Position numbers and translations under genes: made by a program
In this document: positions 9,601-18,004 of the stretch, piece by piece
Numbering within the stretch: the stretch's first letter is position 1
How the letters are laid out: each line of letters begins with the position of its first letter
Assembly (NCBI GenBank): GCA_016699955.1
Contig: CP064993.1
Location: 630,001 to 662,000 of the forward strand
Reading direction: 5' to 3'
Length of the DNA: 32,000 nt
Source of the DNA: Candidatus Saccharimonadota bacterium
Lineage (GTDB): Bacteria; Patescibacteriota; Saccharimonadia; Saccharimonadales; UBA4665
Notes under the pieces: generated by a model
Seen by the model: the letters and a program-made list of their open reading frames with translations, nothing else
The model's database searches: none
What the model was told of the DNA's origin: nothing

Positions 9601-12264
9601 AATAACGGATATATTTATGTGATTGGGGGCTGTACGAGCGTTGCCGCTAACAATGTTTGTGAAACTGCCGGAACGGCGGCCTCAAGCGGCAACGTGCTGT
9701 ACGCTGCCATTGACTCAAGCGGTAACATGACCCGGGTTGGGACATGCGGTGGTACATTTGTGACAAACAGCCTGTGGTGTGTTGACAGTACCAACCGCGT
9801 CAATGGTACCACAGGTATTTCGGCGGGAAGCGCAACCGTGTATAACAACGTAATTTACGTGATAGGCGGGACATCTGGCTCTACGTGGAGCAGTACGGTT
9901 TATAGAGTATCGCTTAACGCAAATGGCACGCTCACCGGCGCTTGGACGACACAAACTTTTGCAAAACTGGCACTTGGTACGTCCAGGGGATACGCCTTCT
10001 CATTTACGCGCAGTAATCCGAATAATGCTGCGACGTACCCCGGAAATCTATATGTGCTGGGCGGCTGCTACATTGCAGGTGGTGGTACCGGGGATGATGG
10101 CATTGGCTGTAGCACCTATTTCACTAAGGTGTACAAGTGCAATATTATGACGAGCGGTGCGCTAGAGGAAGCAAACGCCAATGACTGCGACACAGCAGGA
10201 CAGGTTCAGATAGACGCAGACAATATCAACACCGGCTCTCAAGGACTGGGTCTAATGGCGGGTACGGTGTACGCTAACCGAGTCTATCTGGTTGGGGGTG
10301 CTTGCACAGCGGTTACGTCATACGTCAACCCCACGGATCCGTGTGCGTCAGACACATCGCCTGTTATCAACAACAACGCTCAAAGAAAAGAAACCATCTA
10401 CGCAAAAATCAATGACAGCAACAATATTGTCGATAATGACACAGGGCTATCGGGTGGCTCCTGGAAGTTTACGACTGGTCTCATGAATCCAGTGCGTCGA
10501 CGCGCGGTGGCGTTTGGTTACAATGGATACATATATTCACTTGCAGGATATAGCGGTACGGCGTCTCTCCAGGACCTTCTATTTGCCAAAATTGATGTCA
10601 CTACCGGTGATATGGGGTCGTTTGATAGCTCTGGTGTGGTAGTCACACCGCGCTGGGATTTACGTGCTATTGTTGGAAATGGCTATGTCTATGCAATAGG
10701 GGGCTGTAGTGTCGGTGCCGCACCAGATGGGTGCACATCTATGCAACCAGAAATCCAGACTTTCCAGCTCTACAACAACGACAGTGGAGCGCCAGTAAAC
10801 TACACGGCTCTTTCTGACGACACCTTTGCGGCTGATACCGATAGGTGGGGGGCAAGTGCGGCAGTCTTGAACGGTTATGTATATGTCGCCGGCGGCTGTA
10901 TAAGTGCAACAGACTGTACAAATGCAACGAACAACGTCCAGTATGCTCCCATTAGTGCAAGTGACGGCACCGTTGGCACGTGGGCGAGTGCAACGAACGG
11001 CCTGCCAGCAGACCGAACATGGGGTCAGCTGGAGGTTGCTGGCGGTAACCTGTATTACTTGGGTGGGCAAGACGACACTGCCACAAACGAACAGTCAGCG
11101 GTGTACTATGCCGGTACGTTTACGCTCGGGGATATTACGGCTGCGTGGGGAACCGCTTCTGGTGGTATAGGTGACACCGCGTCACAGGCTGCTCAGCCCC
11201 TGACACGCTTTGGTGCGACCGTCTGGAACGACCGTATTTATGTTGTCGCCGGACTTGATGGCAGCGCGGCAAACACAAACGCGGTATATATAAGTCCGCA
11301 GCTCGCCAGCGGGGGAAATATTGCCGCAGATAGTTGGGTGCAAGATGCTGATGTACCAGATGTCGTGCGCCGTGGTAATACTGTCGTTGCCTATGCCAAC
11401 AACCTCTACAGCGTAGGGGGCAATAATGGTACCCAATATTTCAATGACTCACAATTTACCCAAATCAACAGCGACGGCACTATTGATGCCTGGACGTTTA
11501 GTACGAGTCTACCTGGTGCAATTAGTGAGGCAGAGGGTTTTGCGGCGAACGGCTACCTGTATTTAGTAGCCGGACGTTCAGCCGCAAGTACGTGCGCACC
11601 GAACACACTGGTTACTCCTATAAGCGCAAATACAACAATTGCGAGCGGTAACAACCCAACCGGAATAGGTGAATGGTACGAGACTAATAAACGTTATACG
11701 GGCGACCGGTATGGGTCTGCTGTGGCTTATGTTGGAGGTAAGATTGTAGTTATGGGTGGTGGCTGCACCGCACCGCTTTCCACCGGAAGGCACTTCTATA
11801 CGTCGGTAAAATCGCAGCCGCAAGTTGCCAAGTATTCCCGTATGATAGATACTGATACTGATGTATTTCCTACAAAATGGCTGGTGAATGGACTCGATAA
11901 CTCCACCGGTGCACGCTGGTATATGCGCTTTCGAAGCATGACGGATATAGACGGAGACGCAACTGATTGTGTAGTAAATATGACAACGTGGGGTCAGGAA
12001 ACAAACTTTGGTGTTGTCACGCTAGGCAACCCAGAAACCTTTGTAGCTCGTGATGGTAGCGGCACAAACACAAACTGTGCTCGGTACTATTACTTCTCCT
12101 TAAATATCGATAGTTCTCAGGCGTTTGGTTACCCAGAAGACGTCAACCGCGGGCCAACCATCGCTGACTTGAGCTTATTTTTTACCGCAGATCCAAGCAA
12201 GCGCCTGCTGCACGGCAAAACTTTTACTGGTGGCGAACAACAACCGCTCGATACGCCGTTCTAA
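6601..12264 (+). CDS. Giant membrane-anchored Kelch-like beta-propeller protein (1887 aa, about 17-18 blades, probably three propellers)
   Basis: Single 5.66-kb ORF. A basic N-terminus is followed by a hydrophobic helix (LARLGWGAMALLMLFAA) that looks like a signal anchor. Every ~55-65 aa there is a hydrophobic-Y-hydrophobic-x-G-G strand followed by A-x-I-x-x-(D/N)-G-x-x-x-x-W. Examples: FLYAIGG, RLYLLGG, VMYLIGG, YVYMGGG, LYRFGG, YIYVIGG, VIYVIGG, LYVLGG, VYLVGG, YIYSLAG, YVYAIGG, YVYVAGG, LYYLGG, IYVVAG, LYSVGG, YLYLVAG, IVVMGG. The start is uncertain (GTG 6601 or ATG 6625). Confidence 0.85.
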   Translation: MEDRKIQAMTHGLSESQGGAANVPRKTVTLRLGLMPRGIILVVRAAWAKLRRAVNKLEKYILLSLPKPLARKLYFLRPKRRKHPVLARLGWGAMALLMLFAANSQLLSVRQKDIIYALSPRAEALLGKANQSYEQSLRLDYKQGSYLYNDGYRSSAEVISQGTPKFSASFSLDPKQGVMVTDPATGAKLTFVPEFALHEPRQSQNRLIYPVAGSTAQKVYTARAASIKEDIILNQYSTDSMEFKYTLKTDTGTEARMESDGSLGVYGVNSALLGAVSTGSESDTKLLEQARANGEKNRLLFTLPAPYIRESGRKTSQAKAWYSLNKDVLTVHATNLQSANYPLTIDPTVYIETARKLMKGNNETNVDFDVDNELIQKSQTTGARIDYWSDTTEMSSGVWDQAMASAGGFVYRSGGRIDPTMPYVASQQATTQATNSLSFTMNMPTLRPAGDLYVALIAKDGDNRVSPPAGWTEYADLQQHAAYYKEGTDQGGGNEAATYQWTVATTAEQWTGIILRIKNFNAGSPVSGTAGTTSAASGIPQFPATTPGHDATLVIRATGFDEDQPSEATWLPLGHTRVYSGTSSDTDAVNSAALVATTLDVPPLASNSTAAASLINDGLINDSYGASSIAIRPATVTAGYQNMLEWAQVNPSAGTIDSPNPGAGTCSGWCTQAVYNLPANRVGMSMYAYNGFLYAIGGTTDGTAANAQNTVWVAKLGANGEPQLWHPSGGTPTYWYASTNTLPVALSYTAISIANNRLYLLGGRNTGGTSVDTVRVADVLATGDIGPWSTTGMQNLPDVRHGHSVQFYNDVMYLIGGNSSGTLRNTVYFSKMNADGTMNSWSQTSTFTTARASMGGSMTTVWGGYVYMGGGCSGLTGAYCSTIASDVQLASINADGSLADWNTILNLSNQRIGYSLVAWQNGLYRFGGCNRQNTTTGVCYAVHRDVEYGIVNPDGDASTVSNSEPANTGNCVTPNFTDCDLPGGGDGAEQGGQMSNMVVINNGYIYVIGGCTSVAANNVCETAGTAASSGNVLYAAIDSSGNMTRVGTCGGTFVTNSLWCVDSTNRVNGTTGISAGSATVYNNVIYVIGGTSGSTWSSTVYRVSLNANGTLTGAWTTQTFAKLALGTSRGYAFSFTRSNPNNAATYPGNLYVLGGCYIAGGGTGDDGIGCSTYFTKVYKCNIMTSGALEEANANDCDTAGQVQIDADNINTGSQGLGLMAGTVYANRVYLVGGACTAVTSYVNPTDPCASDTSPVINNNAQRKETIYAKINDSNNIVDNDTGLSGGSWKFTTGLMNPVRRRAVAFGYNGYIYSLAGYSGTASLQDLLFAKIDVTTGDMGSFDSSGVVVTPRWDLRAIVGNGYVYAIGGCSVGAAPDGCTSMQPEIQTFQLYNNDSGAPVNYTALSDDTFAADTDRWGASAAVLNGYVYVAGGCISATDCTNATNNVQYAPISASDGTVGTWASATNGLPADRTWGQLEVAGGNLYYLGGQDDTATNEQSAVYYAGTFTLGDITAAWGTASGGIGDTASQAAQPLTRFGATVWNDRIYVVAGLDGSAANTNAVYISPQLASGGNIAADSWVQDADVPDVVRRGNTVVAYANNLYSVGGNNGTQYFNDSQFTQINSDGTIDAWTFSTSLPGAISEAEGFAANGYLYLVAGRSAASTCAPNTLVTPISANTTIASGNNPTGIGEWYETNKRYTGDRYGSAVAYVGGKIVVMGGGCTAPLSTGRHFYTSVKSQPQVAKYSRMIDTDTDVFPTKWLVNGLDNSTGARWYMRFRSMTDIDGDATDCVVNMTTWGQETNFGVVTLGNPETFVARDGSGTNTNCARYYYFSLNIDSSQAFGYPEDVNRGPTIADLSLFFTADPSKRLLHGKTFTGGEQQPLDTPF

Positions 12265-12279
12265 CATAAGGAAGACAAC

Positions 12280-13065
12280 ATGGACATAGGGAATTTCCGC
12301 AAACGAGATGAACCCGACGAGGAGGGGTGGGCAGCCTGGCTTGGAGAACAGGAGAAAGAGTCTCGAGCAAAACCTGCGAAGCCGAGCCAACCAACTAGCT
12401 CCCGGGTAAAATCAACAGAGGGGTTTACCCAATCCCGGGTGAAACAGACTCAAAAACCCATTGCCTCTCACAAACCAAAGCCTTCCTCTCGCCGAACCCC
12501 AAACGCCCCTATAACGATTCAGATTCACATGCCAACTGTGCGTATCCCGAAGCCGTTGATCCCGTGGCGCAGGTTGCGCCTGTGGCTTGTCGGTGCGGTG
12601 TTCGTTGCTGGAGTAACAGTAGGAGGAAAAGTGCTCCTCGGGTCGCTAGCTCAACAAAAAAATACGCCAAAAGCTCCGGTGGTGGTCCAGGCAGAATTGG
12701 GCTATAAGCCCCTCGTGCCACCCGTATCGCCTGAGGGTAAAGCGACTGCCTCTTTGCCAAAATTTGACGAGAAGCGGAAACTGTATACTTTTTTTGACGT
12801 ATATAATGGAGCAAATATCACCGTAGACCAACAGGCTGTGCCTGAAAAATTTAAAGGTAACGAAACAGAGATTAAAAAAATTGCTGAATCGGTAGGTGCA
12901 AATGAAACCTTTACCAGCACACAGGGAACGGTCTATGCCTCGCAGGGGGAGTCTGCGACAACCCAGCGCCTGGTTCTGGCCAACGATAAAATGCTGATGT
13001 TTATACAGAGCACGAAAAAACTGAGTGTCAGTGACTGGATTGACTACATACAAACCCTGGAGTAA
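12280..13065 (+). CDS. Single-pass membrane protein (261 aa): charged/Pro-rich cytoplasmic N-terminus, one TM helix and a ~140-aa external domain. Hypothetical (DUF4367-like pattern, from memory).
   Basis: ATG 12280 lies 15 nt after the Kelch stop with AAGGA 7 nt upstream, suggesting co-transcription. The TM helix is LWLVGAVFVAGVTVGG. The external domain is alignable by eye with the one encoded at 20444-20923. Confidence 0.7.
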   Translation: MDIGNFRKRDEPDEEGWAAWLGEQEKESRAKPAKPSQPTSSRVKSTEGFTQSRVKQTQKPIASHKPKPSSRRTPNAPITIQIHMPTVRIPKPLIPWRRLRLWLVGAVFVAGVTVGGKVLLGSLAQQKNTPKAPVVVQAELGYKPLVPPVSPEGKATASLPKFDEKRKLYTFFDVYNGANITVDQQAVPEKFKGNETEIKKIAESVGANETFTSTQGTVYASQGESATTQRLVLANDKMLMFIQSTKKLSVSDWIDYIQTLE

Positions 13066-13452
13066 CGAAGGCTAATGGGGGTATTTGGTAAGTGTAGAGC
13101 GTAGGCTTAGTGACAGTATTTCTTGTGCAAATTGGGTCAAATCCAGAACAAAATAACGGAGTAATATAAACAACAAAAATTAAGCATATTGTTCAGGTAT
13201 TTCCTACAACACTAGCAGTACATTTATCTGTAAAATCTTATGCTCAGAGTATTATTTCACGTAGTATTAATTACTACACGATACTATATTATGTCTACTT
13301 ATGTGCACGAGTAGTCTGAAAGATTGCAAAGAAACTGCGAAAAGGGGAAAATAAGTGAAGTACTGAACCAAACACAAAAAATTGTTCAATACAAAAACTA
13401 AAACAAAAAAATATGCCAAATCACATACCGAACTCCGTACTGTTTGTGCGTA

Positions 13453-13481
13453 CCCTCTGGCTCTCCGCCAAGAGGGGTTTT
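13453..13481 (+). promoter_or_regulatory. Terminator/attenuator-like hairpin in the leader of fibre gene 2
   Basis: ccctctgg (13453-13460) pairs with ccaagaggg (13468-13476, one bulged A) and is followed by gttttgtgg. It lies ~70 nt upstream of the likely start ATG 13551, inside a ~480-bp AT-rich gap. Confidence 0.3.
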
Positions 13482-13550
13482 GTGGTATTTGGCCGCCGTA
13501 AACACTTGTATGCTCTGAAAAGCTGGTCACATTCGTGCATTCTTTGGCTC

Positions 13551-14885
13551 ATGCAACGATTTTCTTTTCGAGTATCGAAGCAAGGTGTACAGGTAGCCCT
13601 CGCTGTTTCTTTGCTCCTCCTACCCCTATTTTTCCTCACGCGTGGGTACACAGGCGTAGAACACGCCTATGCCGCCACTTCCGACAACCTGAACTTCCAA
13701 GCTCGCCTAGAGAACTCTGCCGGAGCCATCGCTGCCGATGGCTTCTACAACCTCCAGTTCAAGCTCTACGACGCTGCCAGTGGTGGTACCCTCCTCTGGA
13801 CTGAAACCTACGACTACAACGGTGGTACCCCTGACCGTCGTGTTAGGGTAGCCAACGGCTACGTCACCGTCAACCTAGGCTCTATCACCAGCTTCCCTGG
13901 CAGCATGCCCTGGGATCAGCAGCTTTACCTCACCATGAACGTTGGCGGTACTGGCACCTCAGCCTCATGGGACGGAGAAATGAACCCACGCCTCAAACTC
14001 ACTGCCGTACCCTATGCCTTCAACGCCAAGACAGCCAGTCAGCTTGTTACCACCAGCGGTGTTTTCATCTCCACCCTGGCTATCCAATCCCCGACAGGTG
14101 GAAACCAAACCCTCCACCTCCAAAATCAGGGAGCAGCCGGAACCTACAACCTCCTAACCGCACCATCGCGCAGTGATGGCTACATCAAGCTGCAGACTGG
14201 GACACCAGGAACCGCTCAGACCGGGCACTTCAACATCTCTGGCACAGGTATAGCTGCCATCTTGCGGGGCTCAACCAGCGTCCTCACCCCCATCCTAGAC
14301 ACTGCCGCCGCTGGCACCCTAACCATTGGCGGTACCAATGCTTCTTCTATTTCTCTGGCAGATGACACCGTCCTGGCTGCCAACAAGACCATCACCATCA
14401 CAGGCGGCGATACAACTACTCGCAACGGGCTGACTCCAACCGAAGGTATGGTATTCTACGACACTACCACCAAACAACTTCTAATCTACGCCAATGGCAA
14501 GTGGCAGGCTGACAGAGAAACGGCTACAAAGATCGTAGCCCCGAGTACTGCTAGCCAAGCCCTGAAAGATGCTGCCGACTATGTCGCAACAGGTAGCGCC
14601 GATCAAACCATCATTAACACCGCTCTTACCGCTGCCGCTGGTGGCAAAGTTGTTCTACTCGAAGGAACATTTACTACCAGTGATGCTATCTCCATACCAA
14701 ACAACACGACACTAGCTGGTAACGGTCGTGGCACCTTAGTTACCTTTAGTAACATTGCAACTCAGAACAAGAACATGATCACCAACACAGATACTACCAA
14801 TGGTGAAGGCGTGGTTGTCCGTGATCTCCGCCTCGATGGTAACAAAGCCGTCAACACCAGTGGTACTCAGCATGGTATAATATGA
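13551..14885 (+). pseudogene. Fibre gene 2 fragment A (signal peptide, N-terminal module, first part of beta-helix A)
   Basis: ORF-track entry 13413..14885. It ends at a TGA created by loss of one base in the tatatat run present in gene 1 (ggtatatatatgaac versus ggtataatatgaac). Confidence 0.6.
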
Positions 14886-14919
14886 ACAACGTCGGTTTGG
14901 CTCAAGCGGTGCCGGCATA

Positions 14920-15648
14920 TTGCAAGGACCAACCGTCATTAACACTTGGGTCAACAACTTCCGTTCTACTGGTATCTACTACTACAGCAGCTCAAACGGT
15001 ACCGTTGCCAACAACAATGTCCTTTACAACGTCGGTGACGGTATCAACATCAACGGGAGTAACCGCGTTACCGTCAGTAACAACACCGTCATGGTGAACT
15101 CAGCCTTCGGTATCCGTGTCAGTGGGTCACTGGCTGTTACCGTGAATGCCAACACTATTGCCGGCAATGGCCTTCTGGCTGGCACGAACACCGGTGGTGG
15201 TGTCTTGTTTGACGGCAGCAGCTCCAACAACGCCATTACCAACAACAGCCTCCGTGAGAACGGTGCCAGCAGTGGTACGGCCAACAGTAGTATTTACATT
15301 GCCACTGCTAGCAATAACAGTATTACTGGTAACTCTATCTACGACTCGGCTGGTACCGGTCAGGGTATCCACATCTACGACGCTGCCTCAGTCTCTAACT
15401 ACTTTGCCGACAACACCATGGTTGGTACTGGTGCTACTGGCATCATAGACAACGGCACTACTACCATATGGGGTGGTCAAACCAATGCCAGCGGCAACTT
15501 CATGATACAGCCAGCTGGAACTATTGAGCTGATGAAGAACACTAACATTGCCGCTAACCAGAACATTACCTTTGCAGCTGGGTCTGGTAACTTCGACCAA
15601 TCTGCTAGTAGTGGTACTTTGCTACTGGCACGGGTGCCGTCAGCCTGA
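14920..15648 (+). pseudogene. Fibre gene 2 fragment B (rest of beta-helix A)
   Basis: ORF-track entry 14920..15648. Its protein is identical to gene 1 residues QGPTVINTWVNN...FDQSASSGT until the CC>C deletion at ~15617. Confidence 0.6.
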
Positions 15649-17498
15649 ACGGAGATACAACTGTAGCTAGTGGTAAGAACCTGACTGTCACCAGTGGCAC
15701 CACAGCACTAACCGGCACTACCAACATAAACACCTCGGGTGCCGCTGCCACCAGCATCGGTACTGGCACTGGCAATAACCAGCGTTGGTAACACCACAGG
15801 TACTCTCGGCCTGACTGGTAGCACAGTAACAGTTGCTGGTAATACTAGTATTAATACAACAGGTACTAACACAACCACCATAGGCTCTGTCACTGCTGGT
15901 GCAGTTAGTATTACATCCAATGCCGCTAGCAACTTCACCACCAACACAGGTGCCCTCACCCTCACCAGTGCCGCTGCTACCACCTGGAGCACAACAGCCG
16001 GTGCTCTAACCCTGCAAGGTGCAGCTGGTGCGACCATTAAGTCTGCTGCTGGTACGACATCTAGTGATGTAACTGTCTCCACTGGCAATGCCAGCGCTGG
16101 CGCCAGTGGTAACATCACCATAGATACTGGTACCTACACCAGCGGTACCTCCGACTGTGAACATCGGTACTACAGTTGCCGGCGCAGTCACCATCGGCCG
16201 AGCTGCTACTACCACTACTATCCAAGGCTCTACCAAAGTAACTCCTCAAGCCTCGGCTAGCACCACACTACTGTGTACTAACGCCGGAGTCATCTCCACC
16301 TGTGATGCTGCAGTACTTGCCCCAACTGCTACTAACTTCATCCAGAACCAGACAGCCTCTACCCAAACAGCTGGCTTTAAGATAGATGGCACCGGTACAG
16401 CCGGCACATTAGTCGGTACAACAGCTGTCCAAGCACCGCTCTTTGATACTGCTTCGGCCGTAGCCCTAAACATCGGCACTACCAATGCCACCCAGATTAA
16501 TCTCAACAAGAATGTATCCATTGCTGCTAACCAGAACATTACCTTTGCAGCTGGGACTGGTAGCTTTGACCAGTCTGCTAGTAGTGGTACCTTTGCTACT
16601 GGCACGGGTGCCGTCAGCCTGAACGGAGATACAACTGTAGCTAGTGGTAAGAACCTGACTGTCACCAGTGGCACCACAGCACTAACCGGCACTACCAACA
16701 TAAACACTTCGGGTGCTGCTGTCACCAGCATCGGTACTGGCACTGGTAATAACAGTGTTGGTAACACCACAGGTACTCTCGGCCTGACTGGTAGTACAGT
16801 AACAGTTGCTGGTAATACTAGTATTAATACAACAGGTACTAACACAACCACCATAGGCTCTGTCACTGCTGGTGCAGTTAGTATTACATCCAATGCCGCT
16901 AGCAACTTCACCACCAACACAGGTGCCCTGACCCTCACCAGCGCCGCTGCTACCACCTGGAGCACAACAGCCGGTGCCCTAACCCTGCAAGGTGCAGCTG
17001 GTGCGACCATTAAGTCTGCTGCTGGTACGACATCTAGTGATGTAACTGTCTCCACTGGCAATGCCAGCGCTGGCGCCAGTGGTAACATCACCATAGATAC
17101 TGGTACCTACACCAGCGGTACTCCGACTGTGAACATCGGTACTACAGTTGCCGGCGCAGTCACCATCGGCCGAGCTGCTACTACCACTACTATCCAAGGT
17201 TCTACCAAAGTAACTCCTCAAGCCTCGGCTAGCACCACACTGCTGTGTACTAACGCCGGAGTCATATCCACCTGTGATGCTGCAGTACTTACTCCAACTG
17301 CTACTAACTTCATCCAGAACCAGACAGCCTCTACCCAAACAGCTGGCTTTAAGATAGATGGCACCGGTACAGCCGGCACCTTAGTCGGTACAACAGCTGT
17401 CCAAGCACCACTCTTTGATACCGCTTCGGCCATAGCCCTAAACATCGGCACTACCAATGCGACTAGCATAAACATCAACCAGAACACCGTCCTCGCTG
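15553..17498 (+). repeat. In-frame tandem duplication (2 units, 972 bp nominal) inside fibre gene 2
   Basis: gctaaccagaacattacc occurs at 15553 and 16526. The period is 973 bp because of a net +1 indel. Unit 2 carries several substitutions relative to unit 1 (GTGSFDQ versus GSGNFDQ, AAVTSIG versus AAATSIG, NNSVGN versus NNTVGN). Confidence 0.85.
15739..16260 (+). pseudogene. Fibre gene 2 fragment C (tandem repeat unit 1, middle part)
   Basis: ORF-track entry 15739..16260. The homologous reading frame is valid only between the +1 indels at ~15782 and ~16148. Confidence 0.55.
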
Positions 17499-17845
17499 CC
17501 GATAAATCTATCGTCATCACAGGAGGAGCCACCCGTCCAGCTAGTCCAGTAGAGGGCATGGTGTTCTATGATACTGCTACGAAACAACTTCTAACCTACG
17601 CTAATGGCAAGTGGCAAGCTGATGGCAAAGAAGCCATCATCGTCGCTGCTAGTGACTCCAGTGACGCCGACAAGGCTTCAGCTGACTACGTCGGAGATGG
17701 CAACACTGCTGCCGCCGCTGACGGTGACCAAGTCCAGATAAACGCTGCTCTGACCGCTGCCGACCCAGCTGGATCAGGCGAAGACTGGCAAGGTCGTCCT
17801 GCTCGCTGGTACCTACACCCTAGACGCAAGCGTATCTATTCCTAA
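16157..17845 (+). pseudogene. Fibre gene 2 fragment D (end of unit 1, unit 2, start of the second head/beta-helix module)
   Basis: ORF-track entry 16157..17845. Homology to the ...GKVVLL.G....IPNNTTLAG module is lost after ~17783 and is recovered in another frame. Confidence 0.6.
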
Positions 17846-18004
17846 TAACACACCCTAGCCGGTGTCGGTAACGCCACGAGCATAACTATCCCGAACTCTC
17901 TGAACGTCAACTTTAGCGCCATCGTCAACACCGACCAAACTACCGGCACCGGCGTTACTATCCAAGACCTAAGACTCGAGGGCAACAAAGCTAACCAATC
18001 CGGT

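Larger units (their letters stand above)
14194..17322 (+). repeat. Copy B of the 3.13-kb dispersed direct repeat (partner 1-3130)
   Basis: See copy A. The two copies are 14.2 kb apart in direct orientation. Confidence 0.9.

Noticed and set aside
13079-13150. A tRNA-like snippet: gggggtatttggtaagtgtagagcg...tgggtcaaatccagaac, with a GGTCAAATCC T-loop look-alike.
   Set aside because: No 3' acceptor strand is complementary to gggggta, the T-stem arms do not pair, and no anticodon stem can be drawn.
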